DNA of 64,000 nucleotides from an uncultured Poribacteria bacterium (GTDB lineage Bacteria > Poribacteria > WGA-4E > WGA-3G), in the NCBI GenBank assembly GCA_951813565.1, contig OX638351.1, positions 3,008,001-3,072,000 on the forward strand, read 5' to 3'. Under the pieces are notes generated by a model that saw only the letters and a list, made by a program, of their open reading frames with translations, was not told the origin of the DNA and did not search any database. Position numbers and translations under genes: made by a program. Below, piece after piece: positions 31,724 through 42,139 of this stretch (position 1 is its first letter; each line of letters opens with the position of its first letter).

Positions 31724-32020
31724 ATGAAAGGCAATAGAAAGAGGAAAAGAAAAGACATAACGCGGGAAAACACAAGACAGGAAAGTTTAGAATCAACAAA
31801 AGATTCAGCTATCCGTGTGCCAGGGATAGCTTTAGAATCTCTACCGGGTAACCTATTTACTGTGGAGTTGACAGAGAATGGTCACAAAGTTGTAGCATAC
31901 CTTGCTGGAAAAATGATGAAGCATAAAATATGGGTGCTGCCGGGAGACCAGGTTACCGTTGAACTTTCGCCTTATGACTTGTCGCGTGGACGGATTATCT
32001 GGCGGAAGCCGGAAAAATAA
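31724..32020 (+). CDS. infA: Translation initiation factor IF-1 with basic N-terminal extension
   Basis: ESLPG…[14 protein letters not shown]…[21 protein letters not shown]. Confidence 0.9.
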   Translation: MKGNRKRKRKDITRENTRQESLESTKDSAIRVPGIALESLPGNLFTVELTENGHKVVAYLAGKMMKHKIWVLPGDQVTVELSPYDLSRGRIIWRKPEK

Positions 32021-32039
32021 ATACTATCTTTGGCTGGCT

Positions 32040-33038
32040 ATGATGACTATGGAAGGCATTATAATAAAAGCACGTGGTGGTACATACGAAGTGCAGATTG
32101 GCAATCGGTGCTATACCTGTACGTTGCGCCATCATCTTATTGAAGCTGAAAAACGTCGTCTCAATGAAACAAAAGAGATGCCGTACGTTGATTTGGTTGC
32201 CGTGGGTGACCGTGTTCGTATTTCTCCCTCGTCTTCTACAATGAACGCAGGATATATTGAGGAATGCTTACCACGGCAAACCCAATTCGGACGAACACGC
32301 ATGGACGGTAGGCGACAAGTTATTGTGACTAATCTTGAAATGCTGTTAATCATCTTCGCAGCACGGCACCCAACACTCAAATTGCGGATGCTTGATCGAT
32401 TCCTTGTCACTGCAGAAGCCTCAAATATAGACCCCGTGATCTGTATTAACAAAATGGATTTAGCAAAATTGGAGAATGTTCAACGCGAACTCAATTTATA
32501 CGAAGAATTAGGATATAAAGTTGTTTACACAAGCATCGTAACAGGTTTTGGGATCGATAACTTACGTGAAGTTATGCGGGATAGAATTTCAGCAATTGTC
32601 GGTTCATCCGGAGTGGGAAAATCTTCCTTACTGAATACGTTACAACCTGGACTACAGTTGCGTATTGGCGGGGTAGACTCCCGTATGCACAAGGGACAAC
32701 ATACCACTACAGAAGTCATGTTGTTACCACTTGAATTTGGAGGGTTCGTCGCAGATACACCTGGTATCCGAACGCTCGGATTACTTGAAATTGACGATGA
32801 ACAAGGGTTAGACATTCATTTTCCGGAGATGCGTCCTTATATCCCGGAGTGTAAATTTGCTGCATGTACACACCACCACGAACCAGCGTGTGCTGTTAAA
32901 CAGGCAGTCAAAACAGGTAATATCAATTCTCTCCGATATGAAAGTTACTTACGTATCTCTGGATTCACAGAAGGAAGATATGAGCGAAATACAGATAACA
33001 AACGAAAAAACCGAACCGAACGGAAACGCAGACGCTGA
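32040..33038 (+). CDS. rsgA: Ribosome small subunit-dependent GTPase A
   Basis: AVGDRV, INKMDL, GSSGVGKSS, GQHTTT, DTPG, CKFAACTHHHEPAC. Confidence 0.93.
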   Translation: MMTMEGIIIKARGGTYEVQIGNRCYTCTLRHHLIEAEKRRLNETKEMPYVDLVAVGDRVRISPSSSTMNAGYIEECLPRQTQFGRTRMDGRRQVIVTNLEMLLIIFAARHPTLKLRMLDRFLVTAEASNIDPVICINKMDLAKLENVQRELNLYEELGYKVVYTSIVTGFGIDNLREVMRDRISAIVGSSGVGKSSLLNTLQPGLQLRIGGVDSRMHKGQHTTTEVMLLPLEFGGFVADTPGIRTLGLLEIDDEQGLDIHFPEMRPYIPECKFAACTHHHEPACAVKQAVKTGNINSLRYESYLRISGFTEGRYERNTDNKRKNRTERKRRR

Positions 33039-33810
33039 TCCGGAAAAATGGAAAAGTGTCATTCATGGATTGCAGCAGATTATTGATAGAACCGAGCAAA
33101 AACTCATATATTTTCAGAATCGTCTGAAGCGAGCACAGTTCATGGAAAGCCCAAGTCTGCGAAAGGTACGTGCAGCGGAAGCGCAAGTTGACATGCATTC
33201 AGCGCAGCTGGAGAGTTTGCGGAGTGAGTTGCACAATTTAGAGCGCCTCCAACATGGTGGAATCCTACTCCGCTCAACAACTCAAAATGAACTACGCCGA
33301 ATTTGGGGATGGATAAATCTACCCGATATGAGGGGTATGCTATATACACAAAAAATATCGTTTGAAATCTTTGTAGAGGACTGGCAACGTTGGACAGAGG
33401 ATGTAGAAACCCATGCACTTTCAATTGAAACACACACCACGCGACTCCTACTCGGGTTTATGCTTCTCCGATGCAACGCTGACGTCGTTGTTGTGAAGTT
33501 TGTAATCATTCGACCTGGTTACCGCGCTCGCGGCTACGGAATGGACGCTCTTACGGAGGCAGTGCGTTATGCGTTTGAGGAGTTGAATGCTGTTCATATC
33601 ACCTTACAGGTTTCACCTGATAACGATGCTGCAATCACATGTTTTGAAAATGTGGGATTCCAATACCTCGGTTATACTGATGTAGACGTACCGGTTTACA
33701 CGATGGGAATTGAACGAAGCGAGTGGGAAAATGATAATCCAGGCAATCCAACAGATGAGCAAATTACATCCCAACGGCTGCATGCCACGCTCCAAGAGTT
33801 CTTAAAATAA
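32980..33810 (+). CDS. Coiled-coil plus GNAT (RimJ/RimL-like) acetyltransferase
   Basis: YRARGYG, NDAAITCFENVGF; likely start ATG 32980. Confidence 0.75.
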   Translation: MSEIQITNEKTEPNGNADADPEKWKSVIHGLQQIIDRTEQKLIYFQNRLKRAQFMESPSLRKVRAAEAQVDMHSAQLESLRSELHNLERLQHGGILLRSTTQNELRRIWGWINLPDMRGMLYTQKISFEIFVEDWQRWTEDVETHALSIETHTTRLLLGFMLLRCNADVVVVKFVIIRPGYRARGYGMDALTEAVRYAFEELNAVHITLQVSPDNDAAITCFENVGFQYLGYTDVDVPVYTMGIERSEWENDNPGNPTDEQITSQRLHATLQEFLK

Positions 33811-33833
33811 AAAATTTTACAGATTTTTGGAGT

Positions 33834-33871
33834 AATACTATGCAAAAGTGCATCCGAAAATGTGTATAGGT
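33834..33871 (+). promoter_or_regulatory. Conserved 38-bp upstream motif, copy 3
   Basis: Identical to 31215-31252. Confidence 0.75.
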
Positions 33872-33995
33872 AAAATCATTGTGATTTTTTAAGTTTTATT
33901 GTATACTTTTGCATGTAGCATACATGCATGAGATTTCACCGATGTCTGTTGACATCCTTAACCCTATTCCAAAATTTACATAAGGAGGGACCGTT

Positions 33996-34076
33996 ATGTC
34001 TTTGAACCACACCACCCTTAATCTAAACGTATTACTTACAAGGCGATGGTGCCTCTGCCCATTCTCAATATATTGA
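33996..34076 (+). CDS. Putative leader peptide MSLNHTTLNLNVLLTRRWCLCPFSIY
   Basis: RBS taaggagg; overlaps hairpin 34041-34103. Confidence 0.5.
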   Translation: MSLNHTTLNLNVLLTRRWCLCPFSIY

Positions 34077-34124
34077 TTTGAAATGGCATAGGTACCAGCG
34101 CCTCACTCTGAGGAGTCGTTATCT

Positions 34125-34499
34125 ATGTCCGAATTTAATCCCGATTTTTGGGAAGTTCCGGTGCCACCGGAATTTTTTGACCAACTGACTACGGAAGACC
34201 ACCTCTGGTATCAGTCCCCCTCTGACGAATATACAAAGGCACGTCAAGCAAAACGGCAAAAAGTCTTAGAACAGATTCGTCATATTGTTTCCAAAGAACT
34301 GACTGGTCGCCAAAATGATTGCGTTCAACTCTATTTTTACGAAGGGAAAACACAAGAGGAGATCGGTTGTATCCTCGGCATTTCTCGCAGGGTTGTCAGT
34401 CAACATCTCTTTGGTGTCACGCGGGGCGGGAGGAAGGTCGGCGGCGCGATTAACAAAATCCGAAAGATGTGCCGCAAATTGGGAATACACTATCCGTAG
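34125..34499 (+). CDS. Sigma70 region-4 HTH-only regulator
   Basis: LTGRQNDCVQLYFYEGKTQEEIGCILGISRRVVSQHL; no region 2. Confidence 0.8.
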   Translation: MSEFNPDFWEVPVPPEFFDQLTTEDHLWYQSPSDEYTKARQAKRQKVLEQIRHIVSKELTGRQNDCVQLYFYEGKTQEEIGCILGISRRVVSQHLFGVTRGGRKVGGAINKIRKMCRKLGIHYP

Positions 34500-34827
34500 T
34501 TGTCTTGTAAACAGAACTATTTGATTGTAGAAGAGAATCGCCGTGAGAGAGAATCTTAATAGTTGTCTCTCACGGTGAGCACCTTAATTTCACCTTCAAC
34601 TTAAAACGCTAAACCGGAATTAAATTGGCGTTTTCCCTACCATCTTATTCTTTTCTTTTGCAACCCTCTTGCTTTAAGCAAAAACGGTTCATCATGGAAC
34701 TAAAAGCATGGAGATTTCACGCTGCCCACTGAAACTTACAGATTGCCAAAAATCCGTATCTGTAGTATCCTTATTTCCGTTTCTTATATCAAAAATCTCA
34801 CGGAAAAACACAATACTTTGAAAAAGG

Positions 34828-36024
34828 GTGAATCTCATGGCAATTCGGATTGCGATTATTGGTTGTGGTGGTATGGCAAACGGTCATCTTAACGCTTATC
34901 TTACAATTCACAATACAGAACCCGGTAAAGTGGAACTCGTCGCGATGTGCGATGAAGTTAAGGATCGGGCAGACAACTTTGCCGAACGAGTCAAAGAGGT
35001 GACAGGTAAAAAGCCTGCGGTGTTTGATGACACAGACACAATGCTTTCAACGGTAGATTTAGACGGTGCGGATATTTGCACTTCACACGCGCATCACCAT
35101 ATCAATGCGATTAAATGTCTCAACGTTGGTGTCAACGTCATGGTAGAAAAACCGATGGGTGTTACCGTCAAAGCCACACATGCGATTATTGCTGCTGCGA
35201 AAGCGAACGGTAAAATTGCAGCAACGGCAGAAAATATACGACGAATGCCGAGCCGCCGCACAGCGGAGTGGTTGATGAACGAAAAACAGATGCTCGGTGA
35301 TTTACGTATGTTCTGTGCGCAGCACGCGAGTCATCGGGAACCGAACCCTCAAAGCGAATGGCACTGGCGACTTGACCTAACACTCGGTGGTGGAGGTATG
35401 GTGATGGATTCTGGTGCACATTATTGTGATACGTTGCGTTTTCTTTTTGGTGATCCAAGTACCGTTTATGGACGCGTTTGCCAATTTGAGAATCTTGAAG
35501 TCACCAAAGCTGGAGAAATCGTCAAGAACGAACAAGAAGACACGTGGGTAGCAACAATTAACTTCAAGAACGGTGTCATCGGATTGTGGACATGCACATG
35601 GGCCGCGGTTGGACACGGGTTTAATCACGTCGTTTACTATGGAAGCGAAGGGTGTCTACTTGATAATGGGGACATCTTCCACGGACCATTTGAAGGTGGA
35701 GAAGTCATTCTCAAAGACGGTTCCCACCATTCAATGGAAAGCCTTATCGCTGAATATATGGCAAGTTTGTCTGACCAAGAGAAAAACCGACTTTTTCCGC
35801 ACAATTTCACCGATGGTGTAGTGCTTGAATGCTACGATTTTGTAGATGCAATCGAAAACAATCGTCCACCCGAATTGGATGCTGCAGCAGGACTCCGCGC
35901 AAAATCAATCTGCGAAGCAATCTACGAATCCAACGCGTGCGGGCAAGCAGTCAACTACGAAGAAGTGGTATCTGGCGACATTGAGGTTTATCAGAAACCG
36001 ATCAACGAACGGTGGGGTTTATAG
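34828..36024 (+). CDS. Gfo/Idh/MocA oxidoreductase
   Basis: IIGCGGMA, VEKPM, MDSGAH. Confidence 0.9.
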   Translation: MNLMAIRIAIIGCGGMANGHLNAYLTIHNTEPGKVELVAMCDEVKDRADNFAERVKEVTGKKPAVFDDTDTMLSTVDLDGADICTSHAHHHINAIKCLNVGVNVMVEKPMGVTVKATHAIIAAAKANGKIAATAENIRRMPSRRTAEWLMNEKQMLGDLRMFCAQHASHREPNPQSEWHWRLDLTLGGGGMVMDSGAHYCDTLRFLFGDPSTVYGRVCQFENLEVTKAGEIVKNEQEDTWVATINFKNGVIGLWTCTWAAVGHGFNHVVYYGSEGCLLDNGDIFHGPFEGGEVILKDGSHHSMESLIAEYMASLSDQEKNRLFPHNFTDGVVLECYDFVDAIENNRPPELDAAAGLRAKSICEAIYESNACGQAVNYEEVVSGDIEVYQKPINERWGL

Positions 36025-37338
36025 TTGTCTGATAAAGAACAAACTGCCGCCACGACATCTGATAAAGCCACTGAACGCAAAGATGAGTCTGTTAAGAGAG
36101 AAAAACTTGTTGGTTACTTTGAACTTCTACTAAGTAATTCCAACTTTCGTTGGCTTTGGGCAGGACAAGTTGTCAGCCTCTTAGGCGATTGGTTTAATAT
36201 CATCGCTTCTGCGATACTGATTCACAATCTGACGGAATCGGGATTGGCATTAGGCATATTGTTTACAATACGAATGCTTGCCCCCTTCTTCGTAGCACCG
36301 CTCGCGGGTATATGCGCTGATCGCTTCAACCGAAAGCACATCTTAATCATCACTGATATCGTCCGAGGACTACTTCTTCTCGGATTTCTTTTTGTTAAAG
36401 ACGCAAACGATATCTGGCTTCTTTACCTCCTCACGACGCTTCTATTTGGTGTAAGCGGGTTCTTCAGTCCTGCACGCAGTGCGATCCTACCGGATGTTAC
36501 CTCACAACGCGAACTCGGCACAGCGAATGCACTGAGTGCTACAACATGGTCAGTAATGCTTGCTTTTGGAGCAGCTATCGGAGGATTTACAGCAGGTCTA
36601 TTTGGGGTTCATACAGCCTTTATAATTGACGGATTAACCTTTTTCGTTTCAGCTGTCCTCCTACTACAGATTAAACTGCCGCACCGTTCTACCTCTACAA
36701 CAGAGGTTCGCGAAGGTTCAAAGTTTACAACACTCCGTTACATGTTGCGGCATCCCGATATTTTCATTATATCGCTACATAAAGCGGCTATTGCACTCCT
36801 ATTGTCTTCTGGATATATGGTGGCACAAGTCGAGATTGCAAAATCGCACTTCGTTATAGGCATGGGAGGTGCAATCAGTTTAGGACTGATGTATTGTATG
36901 AATGGCGTTGGCAGCGGTATAGGACCAATAGTTGCAAGATATTGGGCAGGGGACCGGGATAAACCGCTTCGGCGCTGTATCAGTCTCGGTTATTTGATCG
37001 GAACGGTTGGACTCGCGATTGCTGCGCCGCTGTTGAGTCTACCAATTGTAGTTTTTGGTGGTTTTATCCGAAGTATTGGTGGCGGAATCGCTTGGGTATT
37101 TTCTACTCAACTGCTCCTGCAACGTGCTCCCAATGAGATACGAGGACGCATCTTTGGCACGGAGTTTGCGCTCTTTACGCTTATGGGAGGAATCGCTACG
37201 GCAATTGTCGGTGCAATGCTGGATATCTTTGGCGTGCAGGCTGTTTTATGGGGAATGACTGCGCTTCCACTTATTCCTGCAGTACTATGGTGGCTATGGC
37301 AGGCACGACACATATCCTCAGATGCGGGAAAACGATGA
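36025..37338 (+). CDS. MFS transporter
   Basis: FRWLWAGQVVSLLGD, ADRFNRK, ~12 TMs. Confidence 0.9.
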   Translation: MSDKEQTAATTSDKATERKDESVKREKLVGYFELLLSNSNFRWLWAGQVVSLLGDWFNIIASAILIHNLTESGLALGILFTIRMLAPFFVAPLAGICADRFNRKHILIITDIVRGLLLLGFLFVKDANDIWLLYLLTTLLFGVSGFFSPARSAILPDVTSQRELGTANALSATTWSVMLAFGAAIGGFTAGLFGVHTAFIIDGLTFFVSAVLLLQIKLPHRSTSTTEVREGSKFTTLRYMLRHPDIFIISLHKAAIALLLSSGYMVAQVEIAKSHFVIGMGGAISLGLMYCMNGVGSGIGPIVARYWAGDRDKPLRRCISLGYLIGTVGLAIAAPLLSLPIVVFGGFIRSIGGGIAWVFSTQLLLQRAPNEIRGRIFGTEFALFTLMGGIATAIVGAMLDIFGVQAVLWGMTALPLIPAVLWWLWQARHISSDAGKR

Positions 37339-38934
37339 AGGTTTTTCTTGCATTACAGGAATGATGTAGCTGCGAATTGTTATTTCCTCCAATGTTTCTG
37401 TTTCAACGCGTGATTCTGGATTTGTGCGGTGATCAAACACAACATAATATCCCTCGTCAGCCTTTTCCGTTTTGAGATACGCTACGAGTTGCTTTTTGCC
37501 CGCTTGATAATACCTTTTTCCTTCCCATATCTTAGTTTCAACAATATATTTTCGAGCGTTGTGAATAATGAGAAGGTCTATTCTACCACGTCCAGTTTGC
37601 ACTTCAAGAAACATATCAGCGTTGGCAATGCGAATAAAGTGATCGAGATAGGCATATAACAAGTTTTGACCAACATATTCCTGTGGCGTTTCTGGCACTT
37701 CCAATATGCGAAATCCTGCGCGGGCAATAAAATCCTTGAAATTATCAAGCAGTGCTCCCAGTTCAATTTCTCCTGCAGGTGAAACGTAATCAATAAAATC
37801 TTTATCGCTTTCTTCAGAAAAATACGTCTCCTCCAACCCATTGACTATCGGTTTAAATGCTTGCATGATACGGTGTTGATAGATCGGATTGACAATTTCA
37901 CACATTCTGTCATCGCCTTTTTTAATTACGCCATATATAACAAGTTCATTGATGATTTCGTTATCAAGGGTAAACGGCAGTCCTCTTTCATAAGAGGTAA
38001 TTCTCATGAGTAGTTTTTCAAACCGTCGGTCTCTACGAACATTAGTTAGGAGGTGCTGGATGTTGGTATTCTGCTCTTCAAGCATTTGTTGATGGGCAGT
38101 TAAAAAGTGTTCCATCCGTATTGTTTCTGTTTTGGGAATGTTCAATTCCTCTGTGAGAATCTGCGCAAATCGGTTGACAAGGAACGGTTGCCCAGCTGTC
38201 TGTTTATGGAGTGTTACGATGACTTCTGAGTCAAACGTTTGTCCTACTTCATCTGTATATTGCATGAGTAACTCACTTACCTGCTCTAAACTAAAATTTT
38301 GTAAGTTGAACTCATCTTGGATATTGAAAGGTGAGACTGAACGGTCGTAGTTGAGTTGTGTGATGCTTTTAACCCCAACGATGCTAACACTGTGCGGGCA
38401 TTGCAATTCATCAGAGAGGTAGATATGGCGTAGCGAATGAAGAAAATTGCTCACAACGGATTGCGGAATACCATCAAATTCGTCAATGATGAGGGCAACT
38501 TTCGGATCCATTTTGTAATGCAAATTCAGAAAATTAGTAAGGGTCTCAAAAAAGTATCGCATTGAAACATGATCGGTTATTTTTGGTTCGGTCAATAATT
38601 GTTCCAATGCGACAGAAGGCACCTCACCGCGTCTTTGGATGCCCCTCTCAAGTTCTCTGCACAATTCTCTGTGAAAGGATGAATAAAAATCAGTAACATT
38701 CAGGTTTTTATACTCTTCAAAATTTAGTTGAATTGGGAAATAGTTTTGATCTTCGGTTGTAAGTGCCTCAGCAGTGAATCGGAAGAAGGTAGTTTTGCCT
38801 GTTTGGCGCGGCGCAAAGAGGACGATGTACCGTCCCTCTTTTATACGGTTGATGAAATCCGCGATCTCTTCAGTGCGCGACACAATATAGTGTTTGTCAG
38901 GATAAACGCGTCCTCGGGTTCCAAAACTTTTCAT
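37318..38934 (-). CDS. AAA-like ATPase with C-terminal PD-(D/E)XK nuclease-like domain
   Basis: APRQTGKTT, IIDEFD, GRIDLLI…IVETK. Confidence 0.8.
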   Translation of the reverse strand: MKSFGTRGRVYPDKHYIVSRTEEIADFINRIKEGRYIVLFAPRQTGKTTFFRFTAEALTTEDQNYFPIQLNFEEYKNLNVTDFYSSFHRELCRELERGIQRRGEVPSVALEQLLTEPKITDHVSMRYFFETLTNFLNLHYKMDPKVALIIDEFDGIPQSVVSNFLHSLRHIYLSDELQCPHSVSIVGVKSITQLNYDRSVSPFNIQDEFNLQNFSLEQVSELLMQYTDEVGQTFDSEVIVTLHKQTAGQPFLVNRFAQILTEELNIPKTETIRMEHFLTAHQQMLEEQNTNIQHLLTNVRRDRRFEKLLMRITSYERGLPFTLDNEIINELVIYGVIKKGDDRMCEIVNPIYQHRIMQAFKPIVNGLEETYFSEESDKDFIDYVSPAGEIELGALLDNFKDFIARAGFRILEVPETPQEYVGQNLLYAYLDHFIRIANADMFLEVQTGRGRIDLLIIHNARKYIVETKIWEGKRYYQAGKKQLVAYLKTEKADEGYYVVFDHRTNPESRVETETLEEITIRSYIIPVMQEKPSSFSRI

Positions 38935-39175
38935 TTTTTCACCTTATACCAATTTTGAAAATACCGTTTAGAAGACATTATGACCTTGATACTCATATAG
39001 TGTAATGTTGAATGTAAGAGGCGCAATGAATTGCGCGTGGTGAATGTGCGTATGACATTCACATTAAACGCGTTTTTTGTCAATGAGAAGTCATTATTTA
39101 GAAATGGTATTACTTATCACATCGTGGCTTGATAGTGCGTTTTCACACAGTAGAAAGTAATATTCTTATCAGGTT

Positions 39176-39910
39176 CTATTCATCTTCGTCTTCAGAATAG
39201 GAATGTCCACTGAAAATTGCCCGCACCTGTTTTGCTGTTTTTGGACCTGATAACAATTGCCCAATTCGGTCGCCTTCCTCCTTCAGCAATGCCTTGACAT
39301 TTGTTAACACCGCTTCCAATTTATCCCCTGGAAACTTACATGCCCCGTTTTCATCCATGTGGATAATCTCACCCGGTGCCACATCCATTCCGGCTATTGA
39401 GACAGGGACATTTACAGATTGAACCGCCATTGCGCCGTGTCCAGGTGAAATCCCACTCAACAGATATTGAAATTCCATCGGGCGGATTTCATCAATGTCC
39501 CGCGAAGGGCCATTTGAAATTGCACCTAAACAGCCCACAGATTTCATTGCCGCAGTCATGTTACCACCTGCTAACCCCACTTTATTTTCTAATTCTGGTG
39601 GAAATTTTTGCTGCAACGCTAAAATTGTCGGTTTTTCAGATGCATCTAACGCATCAACCACGTCCATAAAGGAGAGTTCGGAATAGTTCGGATCGGGTAA
39701 GCCGTAAACACACGTCACCGCATATCCTGCAATTGCCCCTAACTCAGGATACATACAACGGATAGTGGTGTCCGTGTACCAATTTTCTGTCCACGGATTG
39801 TAAAGTCCGAGGCAAAGCGGATTTCCCGGATAGGTCGCGACCACATTTGTTATTGACGGTGTATCATATTTACGCAGTTCTATTAACATTTCCTGTTCTG
39901 TTAATGCCAT
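39176..39910 (-). CDS. RraA/HMG aldolase family protein
   Basis: AGYAVT, GPSRDIDEI, VAPGEIIHMDENG. Confidence 0.85.
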   Translation of the reverse strand: MALTEQEMLIELRKYDTPSITNVVATYPGNPLCLGLYNPWTENWYTDTTIRCMYPELGAIAGYAVTCVYGLPDPNYSELSFMDVVDALDASEKPTILALQQKFPPELENKVGLAGGNMTAAMKSVGCLGAISNGPSRDIDEIRPMEFQYLLSGISPGHGAMAVQSVNVPVSIAGMDVAPGEIIHMDENGACKFPGDKLEAVLTNVKALLKEEGDRIGQLLSGPKTAKQVRAIFSGHSYSEDEDE

Positions 39911-39928
39911 AGTGGACCTCATATTTTA

Positions 39929-40080
39929 ACCTAAGTTGCTACGGACAAGATTTCAAGCTTGCAGACATTGCTTTTTACTGAAAAACAAGGATTTCCAGCT
40001 AATTCTTATGCTTTCTTTTCTAAATCGGGGTTAGAAACCCCTCCTACAAGAGCATTCGCGATATAGGTAGCAACTTGGGT
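39929..40080. mobile_element. 152-bp MITE, copy 2 (inverted relative to 2607-2758)
   Basis: Reverse complement of copy 1; 7-bp TSD tatttta. Confidence 0.9.
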
Positions 40081-40107
40081 TATTTTAGTAAGATTTTCCA
40101 AGTTCAA

Positions 40108-40986
40108 TTAGACAGGCATTGTCCTGCCAGCATAAGCACGACCAATACGTGCAGTTTCTTCGCCTGAGCCACAGATTCTCACGCCAGCATCAATACTTGC
40201 TTCAATTGTATCAGGCGATGCGCTTTCCAAAAATTTTAGACCTGCCGATTGGCATGCCGCAAACACGCGATCCCGGGCATCTTGCAATTCCTGTGGACGC
40301 GGGTTTGGTTGATGCTTATAACCGAACGACATGCTCATATCACCCGGCCCCCATTCCGCAAAGGCAATTCCTGGCACCCGAGCAGTCATTTCAACGTTAG
40401 CTAACGCTCGCTTATTTTCAAATTTCAAACCGAGGAGCAGTTCACCGTCAGGGTTCAATGGCCACGGATCAGCAGTATCAAGGTATTGGTCAACGGAAAC
40501 CCCCCAGATATGTGAGGCAGGACCTTGACCGGCAGAACCACGTCTGCCAACATCCAATTGTGTTCCTACGCCGATTGTCTGGAATGGGTAACGGCACGCC
40601 TCTACAAATGCTTTGACTGCCTCTGGTGATTCTGCGTGGCATAGCAGTAGACCATGCACACCGCGTGCGAGTAGTTGTCGCATCTGCCATCCGTTGGCGC
40701 GAATAACGTCTGCACTTACGCCATCTACTGGCAACTCAACAATCACTGCTGGTGTTTTGTGTCCACTATTTGTGGAACCACCATCTGCCAGTCCTCGCAT
40801 GTAACTATCCAATCCGGACAGATCAAAACAACCGTGTTCCATACCGATGTTGATATAGTCTGCCCATGTTCTTGCCATCTCGCGACCTGCATCATAATTC
40901 AGGTCCGAGGTTGTGTGGCTTCCTGTATAAAAAACCGGCTGATCTGCTTCTAACAATTCAATCGCTTTATTAACCCGTTTGGGCAT
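40108..40986 (-). CDS. HpcH/HpaI aldolase/citrate lyase family protein
   Basis: MEHG, ACRYP, FENKRAL, WGPGDMS. Confidence 0.82.
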   Translation of the reverse strand: MPKRVNKAIELLEADQPVFYTGSHTTSDLNYDAGREMARTWADYINIGMEHGCFDLSGLDSYMRGLADGGSTNSGHKTPAVIVELPVDGVSADVIRANGWQMRQLLARGVHGLLLCHAESPEAVKAFVEACRYPFQTIGVGTQLDVGRRGSAGQGPASHIWGVSVDQYLDTADPWPLNPDGELLLGLKFENKRALANVEMTARVPGIAFAEWGPGDMSMSFGYKHQPNPRPQELQDARDRVFAACQSAGLKFLESASPDTIEASIDAGVRICGSGEETARIGRAYAGRTMPV

Positions 40987-41124
40987 TGTGATGCTCCTTC
41001 AAAAGCCCCGAAAACAGGTTTGAATAGCGGGGCATGTATCTGTAGTTGCTTTATGGCTTTATCTTATAGCAAAGGTTGGCAATCTGTCAATAGAAATTTG
41101 GGATTATTCTTTGGTATATTAGGG

Positions 41125-41690
41125 TATTAGTTTATGTTTTGGATATTTACTCGGAAGGTCGCGAGCTGGAGCTCGCTCCTACAGGAAGAGACTTTTGAAA
41201 GTAATAGTTCATTCAATACACCTGTCGTACCGCTGGTGCTTTATGAATGAGTGTTCCGATTGTTCTTTCTATACACATTTCGCCCCTCTGGGCTACACAT
41301 ATCCAAAAAAATAGGTAATACCAATTCTAACCTAATACCAGATTCATTTGATTCATCGTCTTCACATACCGCTCCGCTGGAGCGGAAGACAGAAAACTCC
41401 ACGTGCTATAAACATACCGCTCCGCTGGAGCGGAAGAGTAGAAAAAACACTGGAAAAAACAAGACGAATTACGTTAATTTGGTATTAGGATATTAGTTTA
41501 TGTTTTGGATATTTACTCGGAAGGTCGCGAGCTGGAGCTCGCTCCTACAGGAAGAGACTTTTGAAAGTAATAGTTCATTCAATACACCTGTCGTACCGCT
41601 GGTGCTTTATGAATGAGTGTTCCGATTGTTCTTTCTATACACATTTCGCCCCTTTGGGCTACACATATCCAAAAAAATAGGTAATACCAA
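41125..41690. repeat. 200-bp direct repeat (41125-41324 and 41491-41690)
   Basis: One mismatch seen; separated by a TACCA-ended MITE. Confidence 0.88.
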
Positions 41691-41787
41691 ATTAACGAGT
41701 TTTGTATTGTTTTCACTGCCGAGAACACGGGCGGGCACAGAGACCCGCCCCTACGATTTTGGGTAATTTGGTATAATACCAATTCTA

Positions 41788-41975
41788 ACCTAAGTTGCTA
41801 CGGACAAGATTTCAAGTTAGCAAACACTGCTTTTTACTGAAAAAACAAGGCTTTTTCGCTGATTCTTATGTTTTTTGTTCTAAAATCCAAATCAACACCA
41901 AATGCGCGTTTGGCATTTGGCGGGGTTAGAAACCCCTCCTACAAGAGCATTTGCGAAATAGGTGGCAACTTGGTT
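41788..41975. mobile_element. Diverged copy 3 of the 152-bp MITE carrying a 34-bp insertion
   Basis: TSD aattcta; nested in the left end of a TACCAATT…AAATGGTA element (~41777-42136). Confidence 0.82.
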
Positions 41976-42139
41976 AATTCTAATAAAAAACGTACCATTA
42001 CAGAGATTTATTGGAACTTTGAAACTCGACGAATGTGAATGTAAGAGGCGCAATAAATTGCGTTTGGTGAATGTGCGTCCGACATTCACATTAAACGCAT
42101 TTTTTATTAATGAAAGGCAATCAATTAGAAATGGTAGTC

